A program made the position numbers and the translations under genes. A DNA stretch of 64,000 nucleotides from Octopus sinensis (Eukaryota). Below the pieces are notes generated by a model. The model had not been told where the DNA came from. It saw only the letters and a program-made list of their open reading frames with translations, and did not search any database. The stretch is from the NCBI RefSeq assembly GCF_006345805.1, contig NC_043015.1, positions 43,028,001 to 43,092,000 on the forward strand, in the 5' to 3' direction. Within the stretch, counting starts at the first letter, position 1; the number at the start of each line of letters is the position of its first letter. Positions 25,277 through 38,084 of the stretch are shown piece by piece.

Positions 25277-25432
25277 TTCAAATTCACCGATGAGCCTCCC
25301 TAATTTCCCACGTACTCCAGCTTCTTCAAAAACCTCACGCTCCGCAGCTATTGCTGGTGGCTCCGAGGGTTCAATACCCCCTCCAGGTACAATCCATCGA
25401 TCTTTATATCTGCTACTCGATACTAGTAAGAT
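25277..25432 (-). CDS. Internal coding exon of a diphosphoinositol polyphosphate phosphohydrolase (DIPP; NUDT3/4/10/11 or Aps-type Nudix hydrolase)
   Basis: Encodes 52 codons, ILLVSSSRYKDRWIVPGGGIEPSEPPAIAAEREVFEEAGVRGKLGRLIGEFE. It contains the Nudix box (GX5EX7REUXEEXGU) and the DIPP-typical LLVSSSR..DRWIVPGGG motif. The acceptor is cttgtcttttcAG and the donor is GTAAGT, phase 0/0. Confidence 0.95.
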
Positions 25433-25870
25433 CTGAAAAGACAAGAAACGATGTGGTGAGGATTAAAATGTAAGAAGCGTGTGTGTGTGTGTGTGTGTGT
25501 GTGTCTGTGTATGTGTGTGTTAAACTTATTGTTTAACCAAATTAAACAAACAATCAATTAATTAACAGGATATTTAACTAATTGACTAACGATAAAGAAA
25601 TGAAACTGAACAAGTGCATATGTTAATGGTATTGGCAAAATGACTCTACCTAGATGCAACAAAATTGGTTTCAACAAAACAAATTCTTGCAAATCAGATA
25701 CAACAACGAAGTATATACAATATCAAAGGATTAGGGAGAGAATAAGGCACTTAAATGATAGGCACCAGATGGGGTCAAGTTAACTTGTAAACAGCACCTT
25801 TAGTCAAATAAATATCATGGGTAACGAAGTACATTCAGAGAAAAATTCAGGTTATGTATACAGAGAATTT

Positions 25871-26180
25871 AACCCTTATGGGTATTTTAAAAGCCTAAGG
25901 GCTAATCCAAAAGTGAATATTGTGTTGGTTGTGTGGTATTTAGTATACTCCAGAATGTCTGACAAGGTTGTGATGAACCCACATGAGTATTTTAATAGCT
26001 TAAGGGCTAATCCAAAAGAGTATATTGTATTGGTTGCATGGTATTTAGTATACTCCAGAATGTCTGACAAGGTTGTGATGAACCCACATGAGTATTTTAA
26101 TAGCTTAAGGGCTAATCCAAAAGAGTATATTGTATTGGTTGCATGGTATTTAGTATATTCCAGAATGTCTGACAAGGTTG
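25871..26180. repeat. 105-bp tandem repeat, 3 copies
   Basis: Units start at 25871, 25976 and 26081. Copies 2 and 3 are nearly identical. Confidence 0.9.
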
Positions 26181-26667
26181 GAATTCCAGTGAGGTGTATT
26201 TTGAACAAATAGAATAAATAGTAAACAATGGATAAGTGTCACTTCTTTACAGCTGTTTCTCAGTGATTTTTTAATAAATTAATAAGTATATTATGATGTA
26301 GTGTACTTATTAATCTACTAAAGAAATCCTTTGGCAACAGATGTAATGAAGCGATGTGTATCCGCTGTTTGTTATTTATTTGTTATATATATACATATAT
26401 ATATAAAGGTAATCTTAATCTCAAACTCAATGTGGAAGTTGTGTAAAAACACAGAATATTGTGTTTGAAGAGAACTGTGGAAAATGAACCCCTGTTCGAA
26501 GGCTTCTGACACTGCGAAACAGCTAGAAGTTAGTCCAAGAACGTGTGTTACATATCTGCCATAAGCTTGGGTATTATGGACGAGCAGCTAGAAGAAAACC
26601 TCTCCTTCAACCAATTAATATCAAATAAAAGATTCTGAAAATTAAAGGTGTTTATTTACTTCCTGTA

Positions 26668-26705
<38 letters not shown>

Positions 26706-26795
26706 GTTAATCCAAACAAGAAAGCACAAAAAAACACAACAATGCGAGGATGTGGAACAAATATAGTATTATTGGACGCTCAGGAAAGAAGGAGG

Positions 26796-26830
26796 GTTTA
26801 ATGTTTCGAGCGGAGCTCTTTGTCGGAAAC
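26796..26830 (-). ncRNA. Minimal hammerhead-like motif (CCGAC[G>A]A core), decayed
   Basis: GTTT CCGACAA A GAGC-TCC-GCTC GAAAC ATT AAAC. The downstream ttcctgagcgt is shared with the 4036/49621 family. Confidence 0.55.
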
Positions 26831-27689
26831 ATAGGAGAAGGAAAGATCCAGAGAAGGGAAGACAGAGGGAAAAAAATCGCCAACGGTACACACGCAGTCA
26901 CATTATATATATATGATGGGCTTCTTTCAGTTTCTGTCTACCAAATACCCTAACAATGCTTTAGGTGGCCCAAGGCTATAGTAGAAAGTACTTGTCCAAA
27001 GTTCCACAAAGTGAGACTGAACCCAAGACCTCAAGACAACATGATTGTGAAATGAGCTTCTCAGCCACACGGCCACACCTGCAACAAATGACTGGAATTC
27101 CGACGTCCAATCATAACAAGGTGTGGTACGATGCTGTGCAAAAGACTCAAATTCTTGTCCAAAAAATAAAAAGCAACAACAAAACAAAAATCACACACAC
27201 ACATATAAAAAAAACAGAAATTTAAAAAAATGAGGTTAATAGTTTCTTTGTGCGTTAAATATAAATTATTATTGCAAGACGTCTTCTGAGAGATATGCAA
27301 ACATAATTGAAATGCAATATTTACACAAGCGCACCATTGTGCACACATCGGTAGAACTTTGCAATGCATGTTAGAAATCTTGAAACATAACTGGCATAAT
27401 ATAGGTCTGATTTATACCCTGACCAGCATCGAGGAGAATAAAAGTGTCTTTGAAAACAGAAGTGAATGAGGAAGCTCTCGAAAGACAGGCACTCAGAAAT
27501 TGCTAACCAACCGACAAGCGAGAGGAGAGAGAGAGAAGAAATAGATAAAGAAGAATTTAATATATAATTTATTAGCGAAGTCAAATAGCTTGGGTATACA
27601 TAATAGAAAATATGATGGACATGTACAGACACTAGAAATGTATGTGTGTTAGATAAAGAATATGTGTCGGGGGGGGGGGATAAAAAGAG

Positions 27690-27990
27690 GGGATAGAGAG
27701 GAATGATAGAGAGAGGGGGTTGATAGAAAGAGAGAGGGTGATAGAAAGAGAGAGGGTGATAGAGAGAGAGAGTGATAGAAAGAGGGTGATAGAGAGAGAG
27801 GGTGAGAGGGAGGGGTGATAGAGAGAGGGTGATAGAAAGAAGGGGATAGAGAGGGGTGATAGAAAGAGAGAGGGGTGATAGAGAGAAGATGATAGAAAGA
27901 AGGGGATAGAGAGGGGTGATAGAAAGAGAGAGGGTGATAGAAAGAGAGAGGGGTGATAGAAAGAGGGAGGGTGATAGAGAGGGGTGATAC
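27690..27990. repeat. Purine-rich minisatellite (gggtgatagaaagagag)n
   Basis: Direct inspection. Confidence 0.85.
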
Positions 27991-28836
27991 AGGAGGGGAT
28001 AAAGAGAAAGGAATAGAGAAGGAAGAGGGGGAAGGAGGAGGGAGGGATGGAAGAGGGGTTTGACAGTAAGGTGGAGTTGAGAAAGTGAGGGGGTTAGAGG
28101 TAAAGGGAGAGAAACGAGAGAAGGGAAAGGAGAAAGAGAAAAAGGGTGAACAAGTGAGTGGGAGAGGAAGAGAAGAGGACAAGAAATGAAGAAGAGAGAA
28201 GGGAAGAGAGTATCAGAGGGAGAGTGAGAGAATGGGCGACAGAGACAGAGAGAGCAAGAGAGAGGAAGAGAGAAGGTAGTAATTCTTCAGTAGAATCAAT
28301 ATGGCATATATATACAGACAATATGTGACAAGGTAGGAACTCTAAATTACAGGTGTCTGGGCTGGGCTCTCTGTCGGTTATAACACCAAATTGTTCCAGG
28401 TGATTCACTGAATGGAACAGCCTGCTTGTGATATTAAACATACAAGTGAGCTGAGCACTCCACAGACACGTGTACCCTTAATGTAGTTCTCAGAAAGATT
28501 CAGGGGTAGATAAAATAAAGTGTCTTGCTCAAGGACACAACACAACATGCTACCCAGAATTGAACTCTTTTACTGAAACTGGCTCTGGCTCTGAGTACAA
28601 ATGTTTGTTTTCATAAGTTTTGAACAAAAATCTTCCACCAAACCTTAGTCACAATTTATGTTCCTAACCCTAGATGAATGGTAACTAAGTTAGCTTATTA
28701 AATTCTTTGTTATATTTAAAATTAATTGAAAGAAACACAGAGCATCTCAATAAAAACACGGTAATGAAAGGGTTAAAAAACTAAACTGTAAAAGGCACAC
28801 AACCATAACGAGTGGAGGTGCATGCACACACACACA

Positions 28837-29243
28837 CTCTTTTACTCTTTTACTTGTTTCAGTCATTTGCCTGTGGCCATGCTGGAGCACCGCCTTTAGT
28901 CGAGCAAATCAACCCCGGGACTTATTCTTTGTAAGCCCAGTACTTATTCTATCGGTCTCTTTTGCCGAACCGCTAAGTTACGGGGACATAAACACACCAG
29001 CATCGGTTGTCAAGCAATGCTAGGGGGACAAACACAGACACACAAACACACATACATATATATATATATATACATATATACGACAGGCTTCTTTCAGTTT
29101 CCGTCTACCAAATCCACTCACAAGGCATTGGTCGGCCCGGGGCTATAGCAGAAGACACTTGCCCAAGGTGACACGCAGTGGGACTGAACCCGGAACCATG
29201 TGGTTGGTAAGCAAGCTACTTACCACACAGCAACTCCTGCGCC
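28837..29243 (-). mobile_element. CORE-type tRNA SINE, full length
   Basis: Near-consensus copy. Confidence 0.85.
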
Positions 29244-29734
29244 TACACAAACACAAATCTAAGTTGATTAACGTACAGTCTTGTAAAATGACATATAAAC
29301 AACTTATACTGTAAAGAGAGCCAAGTTTTGGTCTTTTTTTTTGGCCATAGTTTGGACCATAATTGGTCTGTCTGATGATTTTCCATACAGTTCCAGTTTG
29401 TCCAATTTTGTTCAGAAGTCTTGGGGCTGATACAAGGATATGGCAGGATTCATTTGCATCTGAGACTTATGAAGTGAATTTACCCAATCTGTTTGGTAAT
29501 GTCCACATTCATATGCACAGGTGCTCTGGCAGGGTCATAAACACAAGCATATGATGAATGCACATATACACATACACACACGCAATGTGCACACTCACAT
29601 ACAACACATACACACAATATGCATGATCACACACATACACACACACACACACAGAGCAAACATTCGCACAGTAAATATGCACAAATAGCAAACACACGCA
29701 TGAAGTGCATGCTCATGGATGCATGCAGATACAC

Positions 29735-30200
29735 ACAAAGTGCACACTCTCACACACATACTCTCACATGCACACACACATACACACAATGTGCACACAC
29801 TCTCACACACATACTCTCACATGCACACACACACGTACACACAATGTGCACACACTCTCACACACATACTCTCACATGCACACACACATACACACAATGT
29901 GCACACACTCTCACACACATACTCTCACATGCACACACACATACACACAATGTGCACACACTCTCACACACATACTCTCACATGCACACACACATACACA
30001 CAATGTGCACACACTCTCACACACATACTCTCACATGCACACACACGTACACACAATGTGCACACACTCACACAAACACACAAAGTGCACACTCACATGC
30101 ACACAATGTGCACATGCTCACACACACACACAAAGTGCACACTCTCACATGCACACACACACACACACGCATACACGCAATGTGCACACGCTCACATTTC
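29735..30200. repeat. 53-bp CA-derived minisatellite
   Basis: aatgtgcacac anchors at 29788, 29843, 29896, 29949, 30002 and 30055. Confidence 0.85.
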
Positions 30201-30857
30201 AAAGCGCACAACCCCCGCAATAGCATACACACACAGCCACATGCACACGTATGCACCACAAATCACCAAGAGAGAACCAGCAAGAAAAAAAATGGTTCCG
30301 AAGTCTGACAAGTACCAAACTGAATGTCAATGACGTCAAAGGCTGCGAAAATATTGTCAACAATTCTCTAACAAAAAAGCAAAAAAAAAACCCAAAAAGA
30401 AAACAAAAAAAACATGCTGTAAAACAACATGGAGGTATAAACCCAACCCCTCCTCACACACACACACACCTGTGTTGATTACAAATATATGTTGCCATAG
30501 TAACAACAGATAAGCATGGCAGTGTCACTGCAATTGGTATTTCTGACACCTCAGACTTGCGATAAATCCTACTTATGTAAATATTATTCTTGCTTTTTGG
30601 GTCTTTTAATTTACGCAATTTGTTTTTTTGTTTTTTTTGTGGGTACTCCTACATGTTCCAGTTCAAAGGGAGTAAATTCCTACAGGGGATTTAACGAGAT
30701 TTATACACTAGGGGACACAGTACGACCCCATGAATCCAAAGATCTTGTTTACAGTGATCAAACAATGATAAACATACCATTAAGGCAGAAAGGTCGCCGA
30801 ATCATTGGAAACCATTATATTATTATTATTATATTATTATTATTATTATTATTATTA

Positions 30858-30896
<39 letters not shown>

Positions 30897-30904
30897 TATT
30901 ATTA

Positions 30905-31255
30905 AGGTGGTGAGCTGGCAGAAACGTTAGCACACCGGGCGAAATGCTTAGCAGTATTTTGTCTATCTTCAGGTTCTGAGTTCAAATTCCGCCGAGGTTG
31001 ACTTTGCCTTTCATTCTTTCGGAGTCGATTAAATAAGTACCAGTTACGCATTGGAGTCGATATAATTGACTTAATCCGTTTGTCTGTCCTTGTTTGTCCT
31101 CTCTATGTTTAGCCCCTTGTGGGTCGTAAAGAAATAGGTATTTCATTTATCGCTATGTTCTGAGTTCAAATTCCGCCGAGGTCGACTTTGTCTTTCATTC
31201 TTTCGGTAAATTAAAGTACCAGTGAAACACTGGGTCAATGAAATCGACTAGTTCC
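30905..31255 (+). mobile_element. Multimeric tRNA SINE (head plus 2 units)
   Basis: aaggtggtgagctggcagaaacgttagc head and an aaagaaata|ggtatttc junction. Confidence 0.8.
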
Positions 31256-31304
31256 CCTACTTATACTTATCATCATCTTCATTATTATTTTTATCATAAA
31301 CAGT

Positions 31305-31700
31305 AGTGTAGGAGTGGCTGTGTGGTAAGTAACTTGCTTATGAACCACATCGTTCCGAGTTTAGTCCTACTGCATGGCACCTTGGGCAAGTGTCTTCTAC
31401 TATGTCGGGCCAACCAAAGCCTTGTGAGTGGATTTGGCAGACGGAAACTGAAAGAAGCCCATCGTATATATATATATATGTGTGTGTGAGTGTGTGTTTG
31501 TCTCCCCCACCATCGCTTGACAACCAATGTTGGTGTGTTCACATCCCCATAACTTAGCAGTTCGGCAAAAGAGACCGATAGAATGAGTACTAGGCTTACA
31601 AAGAATAAGTCCTGGGGGTCGATTTGCTCGACTAATGGTAGTGGCGCTCCATCACGGCCACAGTCAAATGACTGAAACAAGTAAAAGAGTAAGAGGATAA
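31305..31700 (+). mobile_element. CORE-type tRNA SINE
   Basis: Head, CORE, microsatellite and tail are all present. Confidence 0.8.
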
Positions 31701-32295
31701 AAGCAGTGTGTGAAATCGTTTTGTTATAGAAATGTAGACTCCGTATAATAGTTGCCACCTACACACTTTCGTGAATTCACTGCTGTTAACCTAATTCCGC
31801 ATCGACTCGTTTATCAACTCCACTGACTTACTCTTTAAAGTGAAATCAATACAAATTATACAAATGAAATAAAACGGAACTGGAAAACCCCTTCTGTTTG
31901 AAATAATAATGAAACAAAAAACAAAAAAAAAACGGAAAAACAAAACAGAATACATAATACAAGATTTAAAATAGAAATGATAAAAATTATGTTTATTTTA
32001 AGTCATGGGGAAATACCAGCTTGATTGACAGACCTCACCTGACTTCATGGCACACTTCTCAGGTAATAGAACAAAATTTGCTGAGGTGTTTCACGTGGAA
32101 AAAAGTCATGGCTAAATGGTTAAGGAACTTGCGTTGCAAACCCATGTAGCTAGAGGTCTAATCCCACTGCAAGTGATCTTGGGCAAAGTGTTTTTTATTT
32201 AGATCTGGACCAACCAATGCCTTGCAAGTGAATTTGGTAGATAGGAACTCTGTGGAATCCCATCTCGTGTGTATCTGTGTGTGTGTGTGTGTATG

Positions 32296-32783
32296 TGGTA
32301 GGGGTAGACCCAGGAAGACATGGGATGAGGTGAAGTATGATCCTCAAATGTTGGGCATCATAGAAGCAATGACCGAGACCTTTGACAGTTTATCGTGCAT
32401 GAGAAGACCTGGCAAGCCAAATGAAATTGTAGTCATGGTCGATGCTGGTGTTATGTAAATGGTACCCATGCAGGTGACATATAAAAAGCACCTTTTGAGC
32501 GCCAGGCCTCATGCGGGCAATGACAAATGACCAAGACCATTGGACGAAGACCCATCAAGCCAAGTGAAATTGTAGTCGTGGCGGATACTGGCACCTCACA
32601 AATGTCACCCGTGCTGGTGGCACGTGAAAGCACCCATTACACTCTTGGAGTGGTTTGTGTTAGGAAGGGCAGGCATCCAACCATAGAAACCATGCCAAAT
32701 CAGACTGGAGTCTGGTGCAGCCCCTCCGCTTACCAGCTCTGGTCATCCATGCCAGCATGGACAACGGATGTTAAATGATGATG
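32296..32783 (+). mobile_element. RTE LINE 3' end (ORF C-terminus, 3'UTR and (GAT)n)
   Basis: GRGRPRKTWDEV..LGIIEAMT.. continues into the ggcacgtgaaagcacc / ccatgccagcatgg..gttaaatgatgatga family. Confidence 0.75.
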
Positions 32784-32785
32784 AC

Positions 32786-32841
<56 letters not shown>

Positions 32842-34006
32842 ATGTTTGTGTGTCTGTGTTTTCTATTACCTGAGAAGTGTGCCATGAAGTCAGGTGAGGA
32901 CTGCCAATCAAGCTGGTATTTCCCCATAACTTAAAATAAACATAATTTTTACCATTTCTATTTTAAATCTTTATCATAGCATTTTTTTTAACAATTATGT
33001 ATTGTTTTGTTTTCGTTTTTTTTTTTACAAACATATACAGACGCATACATATATACAACAGGCTTCTTTCAGTTTCCATCTACCAAATCCACTGAGAAGG
33101 CATTTGTCGGCCCGAGGCTATAGTAGAAGACACTTGCCCAAGGTGCCATGCAGTGGGACTGAACCCGGAAACATGTAGTCCATAAGCAAGCTACTTACCA
33201 CACAGCCACTCCTGCGCCTATGTCAACATACTGCGGCCATGCTGGGGCACCACCTCGACAAGGAAAGCATCAAACTATAGAAAAGTGCTTCAAACAAACT
33301 CCATCCTGTCCATTCAAGAGCGGAGAGGTGGACGCGATGACGACGAAGACAATGACGATGACGACAAAACTCAGTACAAAGTGAACCAGTAAATTTATAT
33401 TTCATCTCCACTGACTCAGAAAACCGAATGAGAACTGTCAAACATTCTGGTATTTCCACAAGGCTGAAAATAATTTAAATCTTATCAATTTACATATTTC
33501 AGTCATTAGACAGTGGACATGCTGAGGGTGCCCTACCTTGAAACAACAACAACGACAACAACAAAAGTATCAACACTCAACTACCAACATCATCATCATC
33601 ATCATCATCGTTTAACGTCCGCTTTCCATGCTAGCATGGGTTGGACGGTTCAACTGGGGTCTGGGAAGCCCGAAGGCTGCACCAGGCCAGTCAGATCTGG
33701 CAGTGTTTCTACAGCTGGATGCCCTTCCTAATGCCAACCACTCTGAGAGTGTAGTGGGTGATTTTATGTGCCACCGACACAGGTGCCAGACGAGGCACCT
33801 GTGTCGGGGGCTGAAAAAACATAGCTAAAAAAAAGATTGGTGTAGTACACCTATAAAAATCAGCATTGCTTAGAACTGCGAAAATTCTTTGCAGGGTTCT
33901 TGAAGCATGACCAGTAAACAAGTGTCAGTTTACTCAACTGGCTGTGGACAGCTGACACTTTCCACTATACCCAGCAAAATAAGCTGAGTTTTAATCACGT
34001 AATAAT

Positions 34007-34185
34007 AACATTATTTACATTTAACGGATATTTGTCCTCATCTTGTTTGTTGCTAACACGTTTTGGCTGATATACCCACTATGCCATATGCCCACGGGCA
34101 GATGGCATAGTGGTTAAGAGTGCGGGCTACTAACCCCAGTATTCCAAGTTCAATTCCAGGCAGTGACATGAATAATAATAATAAA
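34007..34185 (+). mobile_element. Second copy of the tRNA-head/HHR-tail element (inverted tail plus head)
   Basis: Inverted tail fragment at 34007-34077 and hairpin at 34076-34113. Head has A box TGGCATAGTGG and B box GTTCAATTCC, followed by (TAA)n. Confidence 0.65.
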
Positions 34186-34938
34186 TGCCCTGATGCAGTA
34201 CCAGGCAGTGGCTCTCGTAGCTTCTGATCTTAACTGATTGGAGGTGTTATCATGTACATTGTTTTGTCTTGGTATAAAAGATGGGCTACAGCAAATATTC
34301 TGCTCAATGCCACAGATTTACTTGTCAGTTGTTTGACCTTAACCAGTTGAGCATGTCCCTTAGTGGCTGATGATATGTGTATCTCTGATCAAGAGCAGAG
34401 GCAGTGGGGGAGCATCATAGCCATGTGTTGAGAGGGATTCTTGTGGTTTGAATAATTCACCCTTGGAAACATAAAGTACCTGACTGATACTTTATTTTAT
34501 CAGTCTCACAAGGATAAAAAGGTAAAGTTGACCCAGGCAGGGTTTGAGCTGAAAACATAAAGAATCACAACAAATACCCCACGAGATATTTTTTTCTGAT
34601 GCTCTAACGATTCTACCAATCTCCGCCATTAACAATTCCTTACATAGGCACAAGGCCACACAGGTTTAGTTGATTTAATTAACCCCCAACACCACCAGCA
34701 CCAACAACAAGGAATTCAAGCAGATTGATAATTATCGTTAAGGACCAAAGGTGAAGTTGACTTGAGCCGGAATTAAGCTTTGAAGATTTGTATTCTTTGG
34801 CCTAAAGCCATGAATCTGGGAGAAGGGATAAAGTGATTATAACGATATCACTGATGGCTACCTCTGATTCGTTTGACAGCAAATGGATTAAAGGCGATAT
34901 CTTACCTACATACGCAATACACGCACACACATACACAC

Positions 34939-34969
<31 letters not shown>

Positions 34970-35248
34970 CATATACATATATACATATACATATACATAC
35001 ACACATATATACATATATATATATACACATACATATATACACATATATATATATATAAATACATATATACACATATATATATATATATATAAATACATAT
35101 ATACACATATATATATATATATATATATATAAATACATATATATACATACACACATATATATATATATATACATACACACACACACACATATATATATAA
35201 ATACATATATATACATACCCACACATATATATATATACACACACACAC

Positions 35249-35346
<98 letters not shown>

Positions 35347-35461
35347 TGTATGTATGTATATATATATATATACACTTCCTTTATCTTCTGTCTGGAGATT
35401 TATGCAATCACTAAAGTTATACACAGTCTGGACATGTTATTTAATGCAAAAGTGTCTTAAG

Positions 35462-35522
<61 letters not shown>

Positions 35523-35596
35523 AGAAGCGAGTAAGGTGGTGGAGGGTAGACAGAAATAGATAAAAAAGATAGCCACAGAAATAGAGAGAGAGGAGA

Positions 35597-35630
<34 letters not shown>

Positions 35631-35901
35631 GAAAGTGAGAAAGAGAGAATCAGAGAGAGAGAGAGAGTGGAGAGAGAGAAGGGAGGCAAAAAGGCAGACA
35701 GTAAAAGAGATAAAAATAGAATGAGAGAAAGGGTGTGAAAGAGGAAGACAGACAGACAGTGAGTACAAGAGGGAGAGAGGGAGATGAAACAGTGAGGGAG
35801 AGAGAAAGAGAGAGAGAGAGGGAGAGGGAAAGAGAAACGAAAATAGAGAGAGACAGTAAACAATACATTAATAACAATCAATCTAGACAGAGAGAGAGAA
35901 A

Positions 35902-35949
<48 letters not shown>

Positions 35950-36189
35950 AAGAGAGAGAGAGGGAGAGAGAGAGAGATGTACAATGACACAGACAACTGG
36001 TGGTGATGCCGAAAATAAATAAAACCAGTCGTTTCAGAAGAGTGAATGGTGATGGTGGTGGCTGCGATGGAGACAATGGTAAGGGTGGGAATGGGGTAGC
36101 GGCTGTTATGATGACAATGATGATGGTGGTGGTGGTGGTAGTGGGTAGTGGTGGTCTTGGTACAATCACCAGAATTTAAAGTAACAGTG

Positions 36190-36670
36190 GATAGAGAGAG
36201 AGAGAGAGAATAAAAGAGAGAGATAGAGAGAGAGCATAAGAAAGAGAGAGAGAGAACATAAGAGAGAGAGAGAGAACATAAGAGAGAGAGAGAGAACATA
36301 AGAGAGAGATAGAGAGAGAACATAAGAGAGAGATAGAGAGAGAACATAAGAGAGAGAGAGAGAGAGAACATAAGAGAGAAAGAGAGAGAACATAAGAGAG
36401 AGAGAGAAAACATAAGAGAAAGAGAGAGAGAACATAAGAGAGAGAGACAGAGAGAACATAAGAGAGAGAGACAGAGAGAACATAAGAGAGAGAGAAAGTA
36501 TAAAAATGAGATAGAAAGAGCATAAAAGAATGAGATAGAGAGAGAGAGCATAAAAGAGAGAGAGGGAGAGAGAGAGAAAGCATAGAAAAGAGAGATAGAG
36601 TAAAAAACAAAAGAGAAGGAGAGAAAGAAAGAAAGCATAGAAGAAAGATAGAGAGAGAGATATACACAGA
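36190..36670. repeat. (GA)n-aacata minisatellite
   Basis: Direct inspection. Confidence 0.85.
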
Positions 36671-37760
36671 GAGAAAGAGAGTGGAGTCTTCCTCCATCTC
36701 CACCGTTTCTTACTTTTTACCTATACTGTCCTCCGCACACACACACACATACACACACACACACACAAATACCATTTCTAACAGCAAAACTGGTATAAAA
36801 GCCTGATTAAATTGTGTGTGTGTGTGTATGTATATGTATGTGTGTGGTGTGTATGTATATGTATGTGTGTGTGTATGTATATGTATGTGTGTGTATGTAT
36901 ATGTATGTGTGTGTATGTGTAGAAGAGAGTGTAGGTATATGTCAGCTTCCAAAATCTCCACCACCACCAGCACCACCACCGCCAGCACCACCGTTTCTGG
37001 CACCGCCGCCTCCGCTCCGTCACCACAACGCACTGCATACCTGAACAGTCGTTGATGACGTCAAACATTGTTGAAACATGAAAGTAGCAGAGGTCTGTCG
37101 AAGAATATAGGGTAAAATGAATGAAACCTCAGATGTGCGTCTGTGTGAGCGTGTGCGCGCGCATACGTATGTGTGTGTGTGCGTACGTGCTTATATACGT
37201 ATGCGTTTTTATTAATAATCAGCAGAAGTTACACAGTGACTCAAGGGCCATGAGTTTCACACAATGCCACCACACGAAACTCTCGGCTTTTGAGTCACTC
37301 CGTAATGCTGCCACAATTATTGATAAAAAGGACACATTTTTACTGTTGGTGCTCCAGCATGACCACAACCTTAGGGCTGAAACAGGTAAAAGAAAAAATA
37401 CACACACACACACACATACATACATACACACACACATACATACATACACACATACATACGCACACACATACATACATACACACACATACATACATACACA
37501 CATACACACATACATACACACACGCACATATATACACACACATACATACATAGATGCTGGCATGGCTGTATGGTAAGATGATTGCTTCACAACTACATGG
37601 TTCTGGGTTCAATCCCACTGCATGGCACCTTGGGCAGGTGTTTTCTAATACAGCCTTGGGCTGACTAAAGCCTTGTGAGCGGATTTATTACACAGAGACT
37701 GAAAGAATCCCATCAAGTGTATGTGTGTGTGCGTATATATAAATGTATGTATATATACAC

Positions 37761-37804
<44 letters not shown>

Positions 37805-37876
37805 TAGTCACTAAGAAGATAGCAACACAATATTTTACTTCATAACAACAGAAACTGAATTTTATTACAGAGAATA

Positions 37877-37910
<34 letters not shown>

Positions 37911-38084
37911 TATATGCGTGGGGGGGGGGATGTATGTGTGTACTTGTGTTTGTCACCCATCATTGCTTGGCAACCAGTGGCAGGGTGTTTATGTCCCTGT
38001 AACTTAACAGTTCGGCAAACAATACCAACAAAATGAAAAGCAGGCTTTAAAATACATAAAATAATAATAATAATAATAATAATC

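Noticed and set aside
25220-25444. 74-aa ORF as a complete gene
   Set aside because: Its termini are intronic read-through beyond the AG/GT sites.
26490-26530. CTTCTGAC..GAAACAGCTAGAAG, and GAAACAGCTGTA on the minus strand near 26245-26262, as hammerheads
   Set aside because: Core and stem II are missing, so these are too degraded to call.
34095-34170. Possible functional tRNA genes, also the SINE heads near 7310-7383 and 19039
   Set aside because: No proper acceptor stem or terminator; the heads continue into SINE bodies.
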